This document shows positions 12,095-25,998 of a stretch of DNA of 64,000 nucleotides, piece by piece. Made by a program: the position numbers and the translations under genes. Numbering within the stretch: position 1 is the stretch's first letter; each line of letters starts with the position of its first letter. The notes beneath the pieces are model-generated. The model did no database searches and had not been told where the DNA came from. It saw only the letters and a list, made by a program, of their open reading frames with translations. Origin of the DNA: Sphagnum compactum (taxonomy: Eukaryota); contig OZ234493.1 of assembly GCA_965153455.1 (NCBI GenBank), positions 25,162,213 through 25,226,212 on the forward strand. Reading direction: 5' to 3'.

Positions 12095-14810
12095 TGCCGA
12101 AACCTAAACTAAACCTTGGGTAAACATTAGTTAAACTAAAATTTGGCTAAAGGTTGATTAGACATTGGCTAAATTAAAATTTGGCTAAAGGTCAAGGCCA
12201 AACATTGGCTAAAGGTTGGCTAAGCATTGGCTAAATTAAAACTTGAATTAAAGGTTGGTTAAACTGGGTACAAGTAAAACTTTGTTATATATTGGCTAAA
12301 CATTTAAAAATTTAAATTTGGCTACACATTACTTAAACTAATATTGGGATGCACATTAATTGAAACAAAATTTTGGCTACACAAATTAGCTAAATTAAAA
12401 CTTGTCTAAACATTGCCTAAAAATTAATTAAACTAAAACTAGGTTACACATTGGCTAACTTAAAACTTGGTTAAACATTGTTTGAACTAAAACTTGGCTA
12501 CACATTGGCTAAACATTAGCTAAAAATTATTTTGGCAAAAATTTGCCTAAACATTGGTTAAACTAAAAGTTAATTAAATATTGGATAAATGTTGGCTAAA
12601 GAAAATTTTGGCTAAAACTTAGGTAGAATTTGGTTAAAATTTGGTTAAACGTTGATTAAATTAAAAGTTGGTTAAACCTTGGTTAAAGATTGGTTAAAAA
12701 AGAATTTGGTTAAAATTTGGTTAAACATTGGTAAACAAAAAGTTAATTAAACCTTGGTTAAACATTGACTAAATTAACATTTGGTTAAAACTTGGTTGAA
12801 CATTGGCTAAACATTGGCTAAACAAAAATTTGGTTAAACCTTGACTAAACATTTATTAAATTAACATTTGGTTGAAATTTGACTAAACATTAATTAAATA
12901 AAAAGTTGGTTAAACCTTGGTTAAACCATTATGAAAAATTGCGTCTATCGAAACCACATTACCCTACAACTGAAACTCAAAAAACAACAAATATACAATT
13001 ATTGTGCAACTATTCCATAGGTATTACAATTGTTGTGCAATTATCCCCCTAGAAATATGATGTATTAATAAATAAATTATCACGTTAGAAAACTAGTCAA
13101 TTGTATTATGATTGCAAGTAAGTTGAAAATGGGTATTTTATATGGTAATTTATACACATCGTACATACATACATAGTCAACCATGTTTGATTTTTTAAGG
13201 AGTTGCATTGTAATTACATGTGACAACTATTTTGAAACTATTGTAAATGTCACTAAAGTATGTTGCAATTAATGTACAATGTCTATACATGCAATCATGC
13301 CACATGTCCACATTTTCACCACTCATTATGGGATACATTTGCAACTAGTTTTCAATTATGATTCCCCACTAGTGCACCATACTAAAGTATTATTATTCAA
13401 CTATGTTATGATTATAATACAACTACTTATAACTTAATAAGGATACATATTCATCAATTATTTATATCTTCATCATATGTGTTTCATTTTGAATAATTTA
13501 AAATGTTATGGGACCGTTACTTTAAGCTCTAGAAATCATCTTGGAAATGTAAATGAAAAGGAGTAATGAAAAAATAATGAGAAAAGAAATAAACTTTCCA
13601 AGTTACAAAACACATTTTATTTTTCTTTGAACCCCTCTTATTTTCAAACCTCATAACTTTCTTAATTATTATTCATTTTAAACAATTTAAAATGTTATAG
13701 GAATTCCACTTGAAATTCTACAAATCATCTTTGAACTCTAATAACAACAAAACCTATAAGGAATTTTTGGGTGTTCAAGAACCAACCTTTGTAACATTTG
13801 ATGGTTTCTTTTTTTGAGTTTTTGACCCCCTCTATTTTGGGGTGCCATAATTTTCTTAATTCTATTATTTTTTGATGATTTTAGTGCACTAGATGCGTCA
13901 ATAGGAGGGGTTCAAGTTTTGTTTGCACACTAAACATCAAGCCTTCCCCTTGGATTAGGCTTGCTTTTGAGTGTTTAATTGTTATAGTTGCAATTCAATT
14001 ATAGCTCAAATTGCAACTAAGAAACAATTAAAATATTTAACCCATATGTTTTCTCTTTGAATCCCATGTTTCAAACTATATAAAAAAGGCTTGTTCCTTT
14101 ATGTTTTCACATTAAAATATATTTTCCATTTTGGGACGAGTTAAAAAAAACTTAACTTAAAGGCAAAAAAAATAAATTCATGTCTATTCTTTAATTCATT
14201 CATACATCTTATGTTTTCCTACCTACCTTACCTAGGTAGGTAAGTAGGTTTTATCTTTCTACCTACTTATGGTTATGTATGACTTATATATATATTATTA
14301 TTATTCAAAATACAATTAATATGCCATGTGGAATTTTTTTTGTTGTGCCATATGTCACAATTTTGAACCATCATAAATAATCATAATGGACGATGGAGAT
14401 CAATATTTTGAAAAATAATAATTTTTATGTCCAAAAAATTTCATAGTGTCATGTGTTAAATCTTAATAAATGGATGACAATTAATGATGTTAGCATGACA
14501 TCACGGGTGTAGTTATAATGGAGTTGCATTGTAGTTGAAAATGAATTGTTTTGATAGAATTACAATTGAGTTGTAGTGAGTTACACTGTATGTACAGTGA
14601 ATTACAAGTTTGCAATTCATGTAACTTGTTCGTTAACACTCACGGTGTATAAATACAGTGAGTTGCAAGGCCAATTGCAAAACACCCATTTTTTTCATTA
14701 TGAACATTTATTGTACAAACATTTGGTTAAATTTTGACAAAACATTGGTTAAACTAAAAGTTAATTAAACTTCGACACAACTAAAAGTTGTTTAATTTTT
14801 GGCAAATTTA
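12095..14810. repeat. TTGG(C/T)TAAA-core satellite (10-11/20-21 bp periodicity), split by an insertion at 12927-14702
   Basis: Dozens of TTGGCTAAA/TTGGTTAAA cores at 12095-12926, resuming at 14703-14810. Confidence 0.85.
12927..14702. mobile_element. Non-autonomous CACTA-like DNA transposon (~1.78 kb)
   Basis: Termini CATTATGAAAAA / TTTTTCATTATG (11/12 inverted match), 3-bp TSD AAC at 12924-12926 and 14703-14705, subterminal TTGCAACT-type repeats; cleanly interrupts the satellite. Confidence 0.7.
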
Positions 14811-17800
14811 AAATATGGAAAAATAAATTATTTTAAAGCTTAGCAAAATTAAAATGTGAATAAATAATATTTAATGTCAAATTATTATAAATTACCCATT
14901 ATCAAATAATTAATAATGAAATAACTAACTTATGATTTATACGTGATTAATTATTGTTAATGATTATTTGAATAAATAATTAAATAAATATTAATCAATA
15001 AATTAGTAACCATAAATATTCACCATTAGTTATCAACTAATTATTAATTATTAATTAGATTAAAATGTCATTAATAGTAATTATTACCTATTAAATATTA
15101 TATATAGTTAATATCGAATCACTTTATTTTTTATTTACTTAATTTTTGTTATTGAATAATTGAACCTAATTTAATTGCTTACTTACATACCTACCTCACT
15201 ATCCATTCATCTATCAATTTATTAATTATTTTCTTAGTTTACTTAGCCCATCCACAATATATAAAATATTGATATTTAACACGCCTTCAATATAACATAA
15301 TTTATAAATATACCTTTGTATATTTCAAATCTTGTATTGTATAGTAAATGTGTAAGTATGTTATATAGAAGTAACCAAGTTACAACTTCTTTCGCAACTA
15401 ATTTAATATAAAGGTTTTTTTTTTAATGACAAGCCCAAAAATTTAGTCAACATGGAAAAATGAAAAACTTAATAGTCACAAATTAATTGCACCATAGTCA
15501 CAATAATTGTAATAGATTGAAAAGGATGGTGATTGGTTGTAAAAATAACAAAACATAGTTGCAAATGATAATTAAATGCAAATAGTCACAAATTGCATGG
15601 TTGCATAATACAAGATTTCTTTTAATGTTTGTTGCTTTTGTTATAGGTAGGCTCAAAGTTTTAAGAGCAAAAAGAAATCTACCTTGCATATTCATACGAA
15701 CCTTTTGCATCATAGATTTGAACACAACCCCTCCTTGCCCAAATAATCCATCATGTTAAAAGTCTTGGCAAGCTTTCATGTGTTATGCCAAAAAGTGAGA
15801 TATATGATTAAGGAAACAATTACATTGGAAATATGTGTCTATGTGGCTAAGTTGGTACTTTCCACTATCACTATTGTACCTATGATTGATGTTTGACATT
15901 AAACAATTCTTAAAAAGGTGAGACGAAAAAAATGAAATATTGACCTCACATTATTAAATTTCCTAGAAATCAAATCTTACAACTAATAAGCATAATGAAT
16001 AATCAATTCCCTTTAATGCACCATAGTACATTCAAAGTTATACGGGAATCCTTATATATGTGTATTGATAAACTATTGAAAATTTGCAATACGCAAATTG
16101 GAGTTGTTGGATCCATTTTTGTAAATGATTAAAGATTTAGCAAATTTTCATTATTATTAATGGTGTGTACAATAATAAATTTTGACACATATGTTGCAAA
16201 GGGAACAATGTTTGAGGTTTTTATTGATGAAGGTTATAACATAATGGTGTCTTCATGCATATATAAAAATATCTATGTTTTTTAAAGGGTTATGAACGAA
16301 GCAATTCATGCCTAACAATTTATTTAAACGAAAATGTGAATTTCTAGCCTAGTTTTTGCTCAAAACAACACAAACCATTTTTTTGGTATGTTTGTGTAGT
16401 GGATGTGATTGATAAATGCATGTGAAATGTATCTTAGTTATCCCAAAATTCTAACACCCCTATACCAATTGTAAGAAATTAGCTTAAACATGTTCCTAAG
16501 TTTGTAAACATTTAATGTTGTAGAATAAGGAGTTTTACCACCTATGTACTAATCAATGAGCCTAGGCCAACATTAACTAAATGTTATCACAAATGAAAAT
16601 ATCATGAATGTAGAAAAATAATGACTTTAAATTTTGGGGCTACATATTAAAGCTTCAAAACTTGAATTTTAGGCCCAACTTTTCCATTTAAACATCATTT
16701 ATAATATTATGATACCTAAGTTGATGGTGGTCAAAGCACAATATCCAATTTGAACCATTGTTGATTGTATTATACTTGTTGGTATGTTATATTTACCCTT
16801 CCCAACAACCATAAATCCTTAACATACAAAATAATCCCAAATTTTCCCCCACAAGATAAGACAAGTTATCTTCTCATATGGTAGTGTTTGGTTTAATGTT
16901 AATTATAATTATACATATATCATTAGTTTAATGTTACCCTGGCTTATAAAGGCAAAAAAACCTAATTTATATTCCTCTTAAACCTTCACTTTATAATTTA
17001 TAGACTCATTTGTAACTACAAAATCTCATTACAATTTGATGTTTCTTTTGAAAGGAAATTTTGTTTCATTACAAATGAAACAAAACCATGCAAAGGTGTT
17101 TGTTAATATCATTCAAAGGTTTATCATTGTTGAATATTATTGGAATATGCAAAATGCCCATAAAAGGTATCAAAATTGTTGACATTCACAATCATTATTT
17201 GGCTTCCCTCCCCCGACCTTTTTGCCCTTGTAGGTAGACTAGTTTAAATTTGAGTGAGATTATTTAACCAACTTGCCATTTTTCCAATAGTCATTTTTCT
17301 AATTTTCAAGCCTACTAGTGGGCTTGTTTTTTGAACTTTTATTTTATAATTCATTTTCCCCCCCTACTTGGTTTGCTTTTCTTTTTAGTTTGACTTACAT
17401 CTTCATTAAGTTGTAATCTTGCTCGACATATAAACACATTAGATTTTTAATCAATTGATTACATTTGATTTAGATTTTATTGATTATATTGACATGTTTA
17501 TCAAAATTCAATTCAACTAAATGCACATAAAAACATCTTATGGACCATTATTCAATTGAACATTAGTTTTTAAAAATCACAATAATATGATTCCCATAAT
17601 GATCACATATGAACAATGCCCCCACTAAATAATAAATATCGAGAGTTAATGAAGCTTATTATTTTGATCACAAATATATATGTTTTGCATTCAAACTCCC
17701 AAATTGTGTTCCACAATATCATCATATACATTTTTAAAAAAAACCTTTCTTCTAAATCATTAAAAGAAATTACAAGTCAAACTAGTGATGACAAGTTGAA

Positions 17801-18369
17801 CTCATAATGTTATCCAAAAAAACCTAATCTACCATAACAATTGCACAGACATTCATACATGCTAATGAAAAGACATTACAAGGCTAGTTGTTTGTTTCCT
17901 TTTGAGGACATTGATCTTATTAAAATACCCAACTTCTTCCTTTGTTGGCATAAATGTTTTTTCACAAGCAACTCAAAACAAACCTAACAACCAAGAAATT
18001 TAGGGTGTCAACTTCAAATTCAGGTGGCTTAAAATCTTGTTGTTGAGGAGGTGTACCTAGCAATAACCCTTGGCATGTGGGCCTATTCAAAACTTTCCTC
18101 ATTACTTCACTATCTAGAGTACACTTGGTGAGTGAAGTTTCTCACACATCACCATACCTTTTGTTGCCCCCAACAATTTCCATATTGGGAAGTTTTTGTC
18201 TTTGTAACCTATTTATAATTTGGAAATCTATTTGATTTATGACATTTAAAGGCAATATTGTGAAAATGATCAAATAGGTAGGCCAAAGAGGATGCCAATG
18301 TGATGGGCCCTAAAAGAGAAATGTTTTATGTGGTGTAAGGATCATTTGGGAAAGTTTGGGGTAGGTCAT

Positions 18370-18650
18370 AACAAATTTGCCATCTCACGATTTAATAATA
18401 AAAATTATACAAAAATTATTTTTTTCATGAGTTCATATTTTTGACACATGTATATTTTGCATGTAAACATATACGATGCATGTTTAAGTAGAATGGAATA
18501 TTTTCAACCACTTGAAAATAATTCTACTTATACATGCATCATATGTATTCTTACATGCACAATATCATTTGTGTGCAAAAAACATGAACTCATAAAATAA
18601 TATATTTTGTGCAAATTTCAAACAAACCTATGAAAATAGGAAGCTTGTAA
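18370..18650. mobile_element. Foldback element/MITE (long imperfect hairpin)
   Basis: Centre TTTTCAA-CCAC-TTGAAAA; arms pair over ~110 bp (ATGAGTTCAT/ATGAACTCAT, GATGCATGT/ACATGCATC, AAGTAGAAT/ATTCTACTT). Confidence 0.75.
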
Positions 18651-21600
18651 TGGTTGCTTGTGGCCTTCATAAGTGCCTCATTAAAATAGGGGTGGAGTGG
18701 GAATGTTGGGCATGCTCTAAGCAATCAATATTTCACACAAAAATACAAAACATTAATTTAATGAATAACACATGGCAAAGTTAGTGTTGCAAGTTCCATG
18801 TTTTGAAGATAACCTTTGGTGTCAATTCTAGCTAATGATTTGATTTGATGGAATTTATAGTAGAGTTGAATAACCTTCTTCAAGATGTGAATTCCATATG
18901 TTTAATTCCAAAACTTCCAAGTCATATTTCAGTTTCTTTCGTTAAAAAAAAACCCCAAACTGGGTCTAGTTCAAAAACTGGGTCTAGGTCCACCTGCTTG
19001 ATACTATACCAAATACTAAAGATTGTGCAAACACTACAACTATATAACAAATAAAAAATGACCACCTAATTAAAATGTACAACATGCATGTTACCTTTTG
19101 AAAACTAAAATGTATAGCATGACCACTTACACTTAATAAATAATAACACGTGTAAGTAAACAACCTTCGCAATGTGTAAGAATGTTTCCTAATAATATGA
19201 AGAACGCCTTGAGTAAATCGAGAGAGATTTGTAAAAACTTCAAATTCTTATCAAAAGCTCTTTTGGAATTTGCATGTCATTTGCATGCAACCTATAAGTA
19301 CTAGTTCATTAAGGTAATTTAATTAAAAAATTTAAAGCAATTATTTCAAAAAAATCATTAGTTGCAATTTTTTTCTTTACACCTAAGAACAATGCTTATG
19401 ATATTATTACAACATTTAAATGATAATTTACTAAAGTTAAATTCTGAAAACAATTCAAAGCTTCAAATTCCAACAATTTGATTGGCCATATAGGTGTTTT
19501 TTCATCCCTATGCACAAGCCTATTCCATAGATCCTACATATTTGCGTATATTTTTTACACTAATCCTATAACCCTCTTCTATACCTAGAGGGTTTAAAAG
19601 GATTGCAACAAGGTCCCATTTCAACAAGAGACCAATGTCATAGTTGCATAAAACACTCCAAGGTATTTCACTTTGTATTTGAATACACATTCACACATGG
19701 ATGTTCATTTGCCAATTGAAGGAGCCTTTCACCAATCACATGCATACATTCCGCAACTTGAATTTAAAAACATTTTGTGCTTTACATTGGGGAAGGCCTA
19801 TTCCTAGGCCTTCCCCTAATTTTTGGGCCACGCCTTTAAGCTATTGCCCTTGAGGTTATGACCAATGTTGTCAAGTTGTTACTTTTCAAAAAAACCTTTG
19901 GTCATAGTTCCAACCTTTTAAAAAATTTGAGAGAACCCGTAATTTCACTTCAAGGATTTTTTTTGGTTTGCTAGAATCTCTGATTTAATGGTGGACCCAA
20001 ATTTTCACATATTATAAGTTTGGGTTCCTAATTCTTTAAAAAATTCCTAGGCAAGTCTATTTTCAAACTAGATCTGGTTCTATCTACTTATGCATAGCCC
20101 AAATTTCAATTTTTAACAAATTACTAGCCCTCCAACATGAATAAGAAATTGACAACTTGTATTAATTATGTGCTTAAACCAAAAGAAAAAGGAAAAAAAT
20201 GCATACTTGAGCCATTTTCCAAAGGTAAAGCCTACGTTCTTAATCCCGCCCCCCCCCCCCCATCCCCAAATTTATTATTAAAAATTGTATACTAAATTAT
20301 TTTTCACACTAACAACATCTCTAACCTTAGCAAAGAAGAAGAAGAAGAAAAAGACTTTAAAACATTATTAAAAAAATAAAAAGAAAAACTAAACTCTACA
20401 TAAACCAATCTAAAAGCCAGTTTTTGTTTTAACTAGAGGCTAGTTCTCAGTTTTGGGTTTAATTTTGAGGCCAGTTGTAGGGAAAGTTCTCGTTTTTTTT
20501 TTTTTTTTTCTTCCAAACTTTGAAGTGATGATCCAGGTACATAATTGAGAATCAAAAATCAAAATCATCAATTCTTTCACGTGTAAGCTAAGAACCGGTT
20601 ATGACCAATGTTGGGTGGTTCTCAAGTTTTTTTAAAGACTTGTTGAGTTTGGGTTTTTAAATAGTTTACAAGAACCTTGGTTCTTGAAGCTTTAATTATT
20701 ATTTTTCCCCCAAGAAACATGAGCATGGTTTTAAAAATTTGAAAAAAAATATTTTCATTTGAGTTTTAAGGTGTCGAGTTTCACACATTTCAAACCCGCC
20801 GATATTCAAAAGGCGACTTTCAGATTCCAGTTTTCAGATAGTTGTTTTAAACATGTAACTTTCATTTTTTGAAGAATGAAAAAAAATACACAAAAATGTG
20901 GAAAAACGAAAAAAATTCTTCTAACATTTTATATGTTCACAATTTCAGCCTATTCAAATGGTTGGCCCTGCACACAACCAACTTAGAAAAAAAACTTAAA
21001 ACAAAATTTTATAAACAAAGAAACATTTTGAACTAAATGAAACTTGAAAAGGAGTTATTTAAAAATTGAAATTGAAACTTGAAAAAGCTTCCAATTCTCC
21101 CACACTTGTGCAAAGCCAAAGAAGGGGGGCAAATACCAATTTGAAAAGCAAGGCAAAACCATGAAAAGTGCCAATGAGTAGGGGCACAAAAAACAAAGAG
21201 AAGCACTGACAAGCATAAATAGGAGGAAGAACAACAAAAGCCAACCATAAAGCACAATGCACAAAACCCCTCAAAATATAAAATATAATTTAAAAATAAA
21301 ATGTAACTAGTTTTGAAGGAAAAACCTTACTTGAAACCCTACCCAATTTTCAACCATTTTTTTTATACCCGCCCAACATCGGGTATGACCTTGGCTAATA
21401 ATACATGGAAATATATTCAACTTGAAACTCGACTTAAACCCTACTTGATTTTCGATCATTTTTTTCATACCCGCCCGCCCAACACTGGTTATGACCCTCA
21501 ACTTAGGGAAAGCCCTAGGGAGAATAATGCCTTGTCAACAAAACACCCAGTTATCAATAAGGTTATTATTAATAACCTATTTAGAAATTATTGATTATTT

Positions 21601-22636
21601 TCAAAATCAGGTAAAGAATAATTACCTTCCTCGTGTGTAACATCCAAAGAACCAAAAAGACCCATCTCTTGGGTTGAGTATTGAATTTTCAAAAGTTAAA
21701 ACAAATTTACTTGGTTATTTGAAATTTCTAATTATCAATCCTAAAACTTTAAACATGTTTATGACAGAAAAACATAAATTATACATACCCATATAAAAAT
21801 TTAAATTTTAAAAAAAACTCATAAAACCTGCCTTACACCTATGAAACATAACCGGCGGTTTTCAAACCAGATATTTGAGAACCAACCCTTATGCATACCA
21901 GGTGGCCGGTCATATTCGTAAAATGAACCAAGTAAATTGAATATAACTGAGGGTTTTACTTTAGACAGCAAAATTGATAATCAATGAGCTCTTTAAAAAA
22001 AAAAAATTATTTTTTGAACTTTGATACCATATATGATCCAAAATTTATAAAAAAAAAAAAAACCCCGGCCTATTTTCTTGAAAAAGAAAAAGAATACCTA
22101 CAAACAAAAAAATTACAACTTTTTTTTTTCTTTGTATTTTTGGGTCACTCTATTATGGTAAGAAAACCTGTTTCATGGACAGCCTAAAGGAGAAACTTGC
22201 TACAGGTGAAAGTTAGTACTCCAAGCTTTCCACAACTTGGAGGTTACTCACCAGGCTATCATCTTTTTTAAAAATATTAATTTGAAATTTTAAAAAAATT
22301 GCTGTGCTTTAACTATACAAAAATTCCTTTAAAAATATAATTTATAAAATTTAAAAATTTAAAAAATTTAAAATTTAAATAAATTAAAAAAAAGAAAAAA
22401 AAACCGTGATGCACACCTTCTAAGTTCTATGCATGGTTAAATGTTCTGGGTTCCCTTAACCAAATCCAAGCCGAAACCAGAACCGACCCAAACCCCCAAA
22501 ACTAACCACCACATGTCAGGACATAACAGCAGACAGACGTCAGTAGTTAAGAGTCAGGAGTCAGGACCTCAGGACATGAAAATGAAGCACGAAGGCCCAC
22601 CCCAGTTAGCACAAGATCCTGATTAGGGAGGACAAA

Positions 22637-23010
22637 GTAACCTAAGGATGGATGATAAATTCACTATTTGGATGACATCCCCACCAATGGTATTGTAAAA
22701 GTTGGATAGAAGGAACCAACCACAAATAGATACCAGGGAGGGGATCAGAAGAAGTGCAAGTAACCTAAGGATGGATGACAATTTGCCTATTTGGATGACA
22801 TCCCCAACAATAGTATTGTAAAAGTTGGATAGAAGGAACCACAGAAAATAGGTGGGGGGGACGGGGATCAGAAGATGTGCAAGTAAACTAAGGATGGATG
22901 ATAATTGACTATTTGGATGACAACCCCAACGATGTTAGTGTAAAAGTTGGATAGAAGGTGTCATCCAACAATGGTATTGTAAACGTTGGATAGAAGGAAC
23001 GACAGAAATA
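22637..23010. repeat. Tandem repeat, ~122-bp unit x3 plus a partial unit, upstream of OR
   Basis: AGTAACCTAAGGATGGATGA...TATTTGGATGACA-CCCC...GTAAAAGTTGGATAGAAGG at ~22637, 22759 and 22882. Confidence 0.85.
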
Positions 23011-23465
23011 GGTAAGGGGGAGGTAGGGGGGTTAGGGGGGTGGGAGGGGATCACATAAAGTGGGATATGGATTTCAAAAAAGATTCAATCAAAGGCTTCC
23101 CAAATCTGGCCCAATTATCCAACACACCACCAAGCTCAAGAAACAAAGAAGAAGAAGAACAACTACTACTACTACCCAACCCAAAAAAATTCCCTAAAAA
23201 ACACTAAAACCATTTCCAAACTCTCTGTTTTTTCATCAAACCCAAGCTCGTAGCAAAAACATTTTGTCAAGAATTTTTTGTTGTTCACATACCTAGAAGT
23301 GATCAAGATCTCATTCAGTTCTGGTACTTGAGCTCCTCCTCCTCCTCCTCCTCCTCCTCTTCTTCCAAGTGGGTGAAGAAACAGGGAGAGAATTGTATGT
23401 GTTTCAGACAGACTGACAGACTGACAGACAGATAGATAGATAGACACAGAAGAGATAGAGTTGCC

Positions 23466-25998
23466 ATGTTGCTCTCATCTTTGAATGGAGGCCAACTTAT
23501 GCAGCAGCAGAGATTCAAGGCTTTTCAGGTGAGGATGTGTGATGGGTGCAACCTGACAGGAGGGATGAGAACATGGCAAGGGAGAGTGGGGTGGAGGTTC
23601 AAAGAAGCAGATCATCATGTGGAGTGTAGGGTTATGAATGGAGGTGGTGGTGGTGGTGGTGGTACCTTCAGTGGGAGCAATGAAGACAGGAAACAGAGTG
23701 AAGGGATCTCTACTACTAACCTATCTTCTTCCAAGTGAGTTTTTTTTTTTGGTTCCCCCCTTAGAGTTTTGATCCCAAGTTCTGATCTTAGCTTTAAAAG
23801 GATGATCAAAGAAAAGCTGGCTGTCTTTTTTTCTCCGTGAAAGCTTTAATTTGGAAAAAACTGGAAGCAGACAGCTGAAAAAACAGCGGTGCACTCACAC
23901 TGCCATATGAGAAAGGCAAAAAAAGGAGTTTAGACTGATAATGGAATATGGGTGTGGGAGAACATGCCAGGACAGAGATTGACACAGATGCATTTTGTAT
24001 AATAGAAGGGCGTGAAACAGTGCTGGATTTTGCCCAAATGCAGCTTCAGGAGATTCGGGATAATATCACCAAACGAAGAAACAAAATTTTCCTCCTGATG
24101 GAAGAGGTTTACCAAATTCCCTGCTGAAAATGGTAGATGTCCTTTGTTATCAAGGGCTTGAATGCAGCAGGTGGGCGATGTGGTTTTGAAAACACCCATT
24201 TTGATGGACAGGCGTTTTCCTTCAAGCTTGAGCAGCGATTCTTCAAGAGGGTCTGATAAGTGAAATTTTTCTTTGAGTTTTCTTGCAGGTACGAAGACTG
24301 CGAATCCAGCAGCGAATCAAGGGCCAAGAGCAAGGAGTGAATATAACTGAGCAGGATGAAGCAATGCCTGAATACCCATCCTCCATACCTTTCCTTCCAC
24401 CTTTGGTATGATTCCCTCCAACATAAATTTGTCTTCAGCATTTGCATGCCACTCACCTGACTCCCACTGCAGACATTGCTCACATTAGGGTTGTTGAATT
24501 CTCTGTTGCTTTTATCAAAATGTTGTCAATTGTTTATTTCTGTCTATGTTTGCAGACTACAGATTCACTGAAGCAATATTATGCAACCTGCTTTGCACTG
24601 GTGGGGGCAATCATCTTATTTGGAGGTTTAATTGCTCCTGTTGTGAGTAACTGGAGCTTCTTCCCATGCCCCTCATAATCTTGCAACATCTGTGATAAAA
24701 TAAGTAGGGTTTACCACCAGCCATTTTTAACCAAGTCTTGCCCTCTGATGAAAGCCCAGAGCACCAAACCTTGTTCTGTTTCTAGGTTTTTAGGCGTTTT
24801 AGTTTTGAGTTGAGTGTGCTTGGCTTGGTGAAACAGCTGGAGCTAAAACTCGGGATGGGAGGTACTTCATATGCGGATTTCATTCGAAGCATGCACTTGC
24901 CACTCCAACTAAGGTAATTTTTGTCCAAGTTTCCCACTACAATGCTTCAATGAAATAATGCTAGATCTGTGGCTCATCTCTGCCGTTTTATTCTTTGCTC
25001 CCCAAGCATGCAAGCGAGTACTAGTCAGAACTCCACCACCAATCATGCAGGATATGAAACTAGTGTCCAGCTTACAATGGGAAACTACCACGCCCTATAA
25101 TCCTGGGGAAGGAAATCATCGTTCTTCAGGCATACCTTCAGATGTCATTCATAGTGAGCAATAAGCATGTTGAGTGGGACCTAGAGGATAGAGTAGCCTT
25201 AGGTGCAGCACTACTACTTTCTGTCAGATCTACATGGTAAATCTAGTTACTGTGTACTATGTGGGGGATGGGTTGAATATTGGGGGCAGTGAGGTGGATC
25301 CAATAGTGGCATCATTTTCCGGGGGTGCAGTGGGAGTCATATCTTCTCTTATGGTAGTAGAGATAAACAATGTGAAGCAGCAAGAGCGCAAACGTTGCCG
25401 GTATTGTCATGGAACTGGTATCCTTTCTGTCCACTATAGCCCTAATTGCAGATCCAGTTGCTTTAGAGGTTTCTTGTCCCTCAACGATGCAATTTAGTGA
25501 GCAGAAAGTGGTAGTTTCCCCATACCTTTGCAGTATGCTGACCTCTTCTAATCACAGGATTTTTCTGTCTCTCTCATTTGATAGGTGTGTTTCTATCCTA
25601 AAACTCTTTGATTGAACTTCCTCTCAACTGTGTATTTATCGGAAATATAGGCTACTTAGCATGCGCACGATGTGCGGGTTCTGGAGCATTGATAGATGTT
25701 GAGCCAGTGGCTATAGTAGGGGACAATGATTCACCCCTTTCACCACCCAAAGCTCAACGGTGCCCTACCTGTTCAGGAGCTGCCAAGGTATCTATCTATA
25801 TACACACCAACTTCATGTTTTTCTGGTTGTATTGTTCTACATAGCTTTGAAGTCAGCACCTGCCCTCTGAAACATTTGCCCAAGTTTAAGGTGATGATGA
25901 ATTCCCTGGATATGGTGCAGGTGATGTGCCCAACTTGTTTGTGTACAGGGATGGCTCTGGCAAGTGAGCATGACCCTCGAATCGATCCCTTCCAGTGA
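23466..25998 (+). CDS. OR: ORANGE (OR) plastid DnaJ-type cysteine-rich zinc-finger chaperone, ~342 aa; exons 23466-23734, 23971-24106, 24289-24405, 24556-24642, 24837-24913, 25290-25417, 25651-25787, 25921-25998
   Basis: Phase-consistent GT-AG splicing gives 1029 nt with OR hallmarks FCIIEGRETVLDFAQMQLQEIRDNITKRRNKIFLLMEEVRRLRIQQRIK, PSSIPFLPPL, FGGLIAPVLELKLGMGGTSYADFI, VDPIVASFSGGAVGVIS, CxxCxGxG motifs and C-terminal MALASEHDPRIDPF. The exon-2 acceptor is the least certain boundary. Confidence 0.93.

Noticed and set aside
12095-12926. Possible interstitial telomere array
   Set aside because: The core is TTGG(C/T)TAAA, not TTTAGGG.
24060-24100. OR 'golden SNP' (Arg>His) gain-of-function allele
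   Set aside because: The motif reads DNITKRRNKIF, with no His, so it is the ordinary allele.
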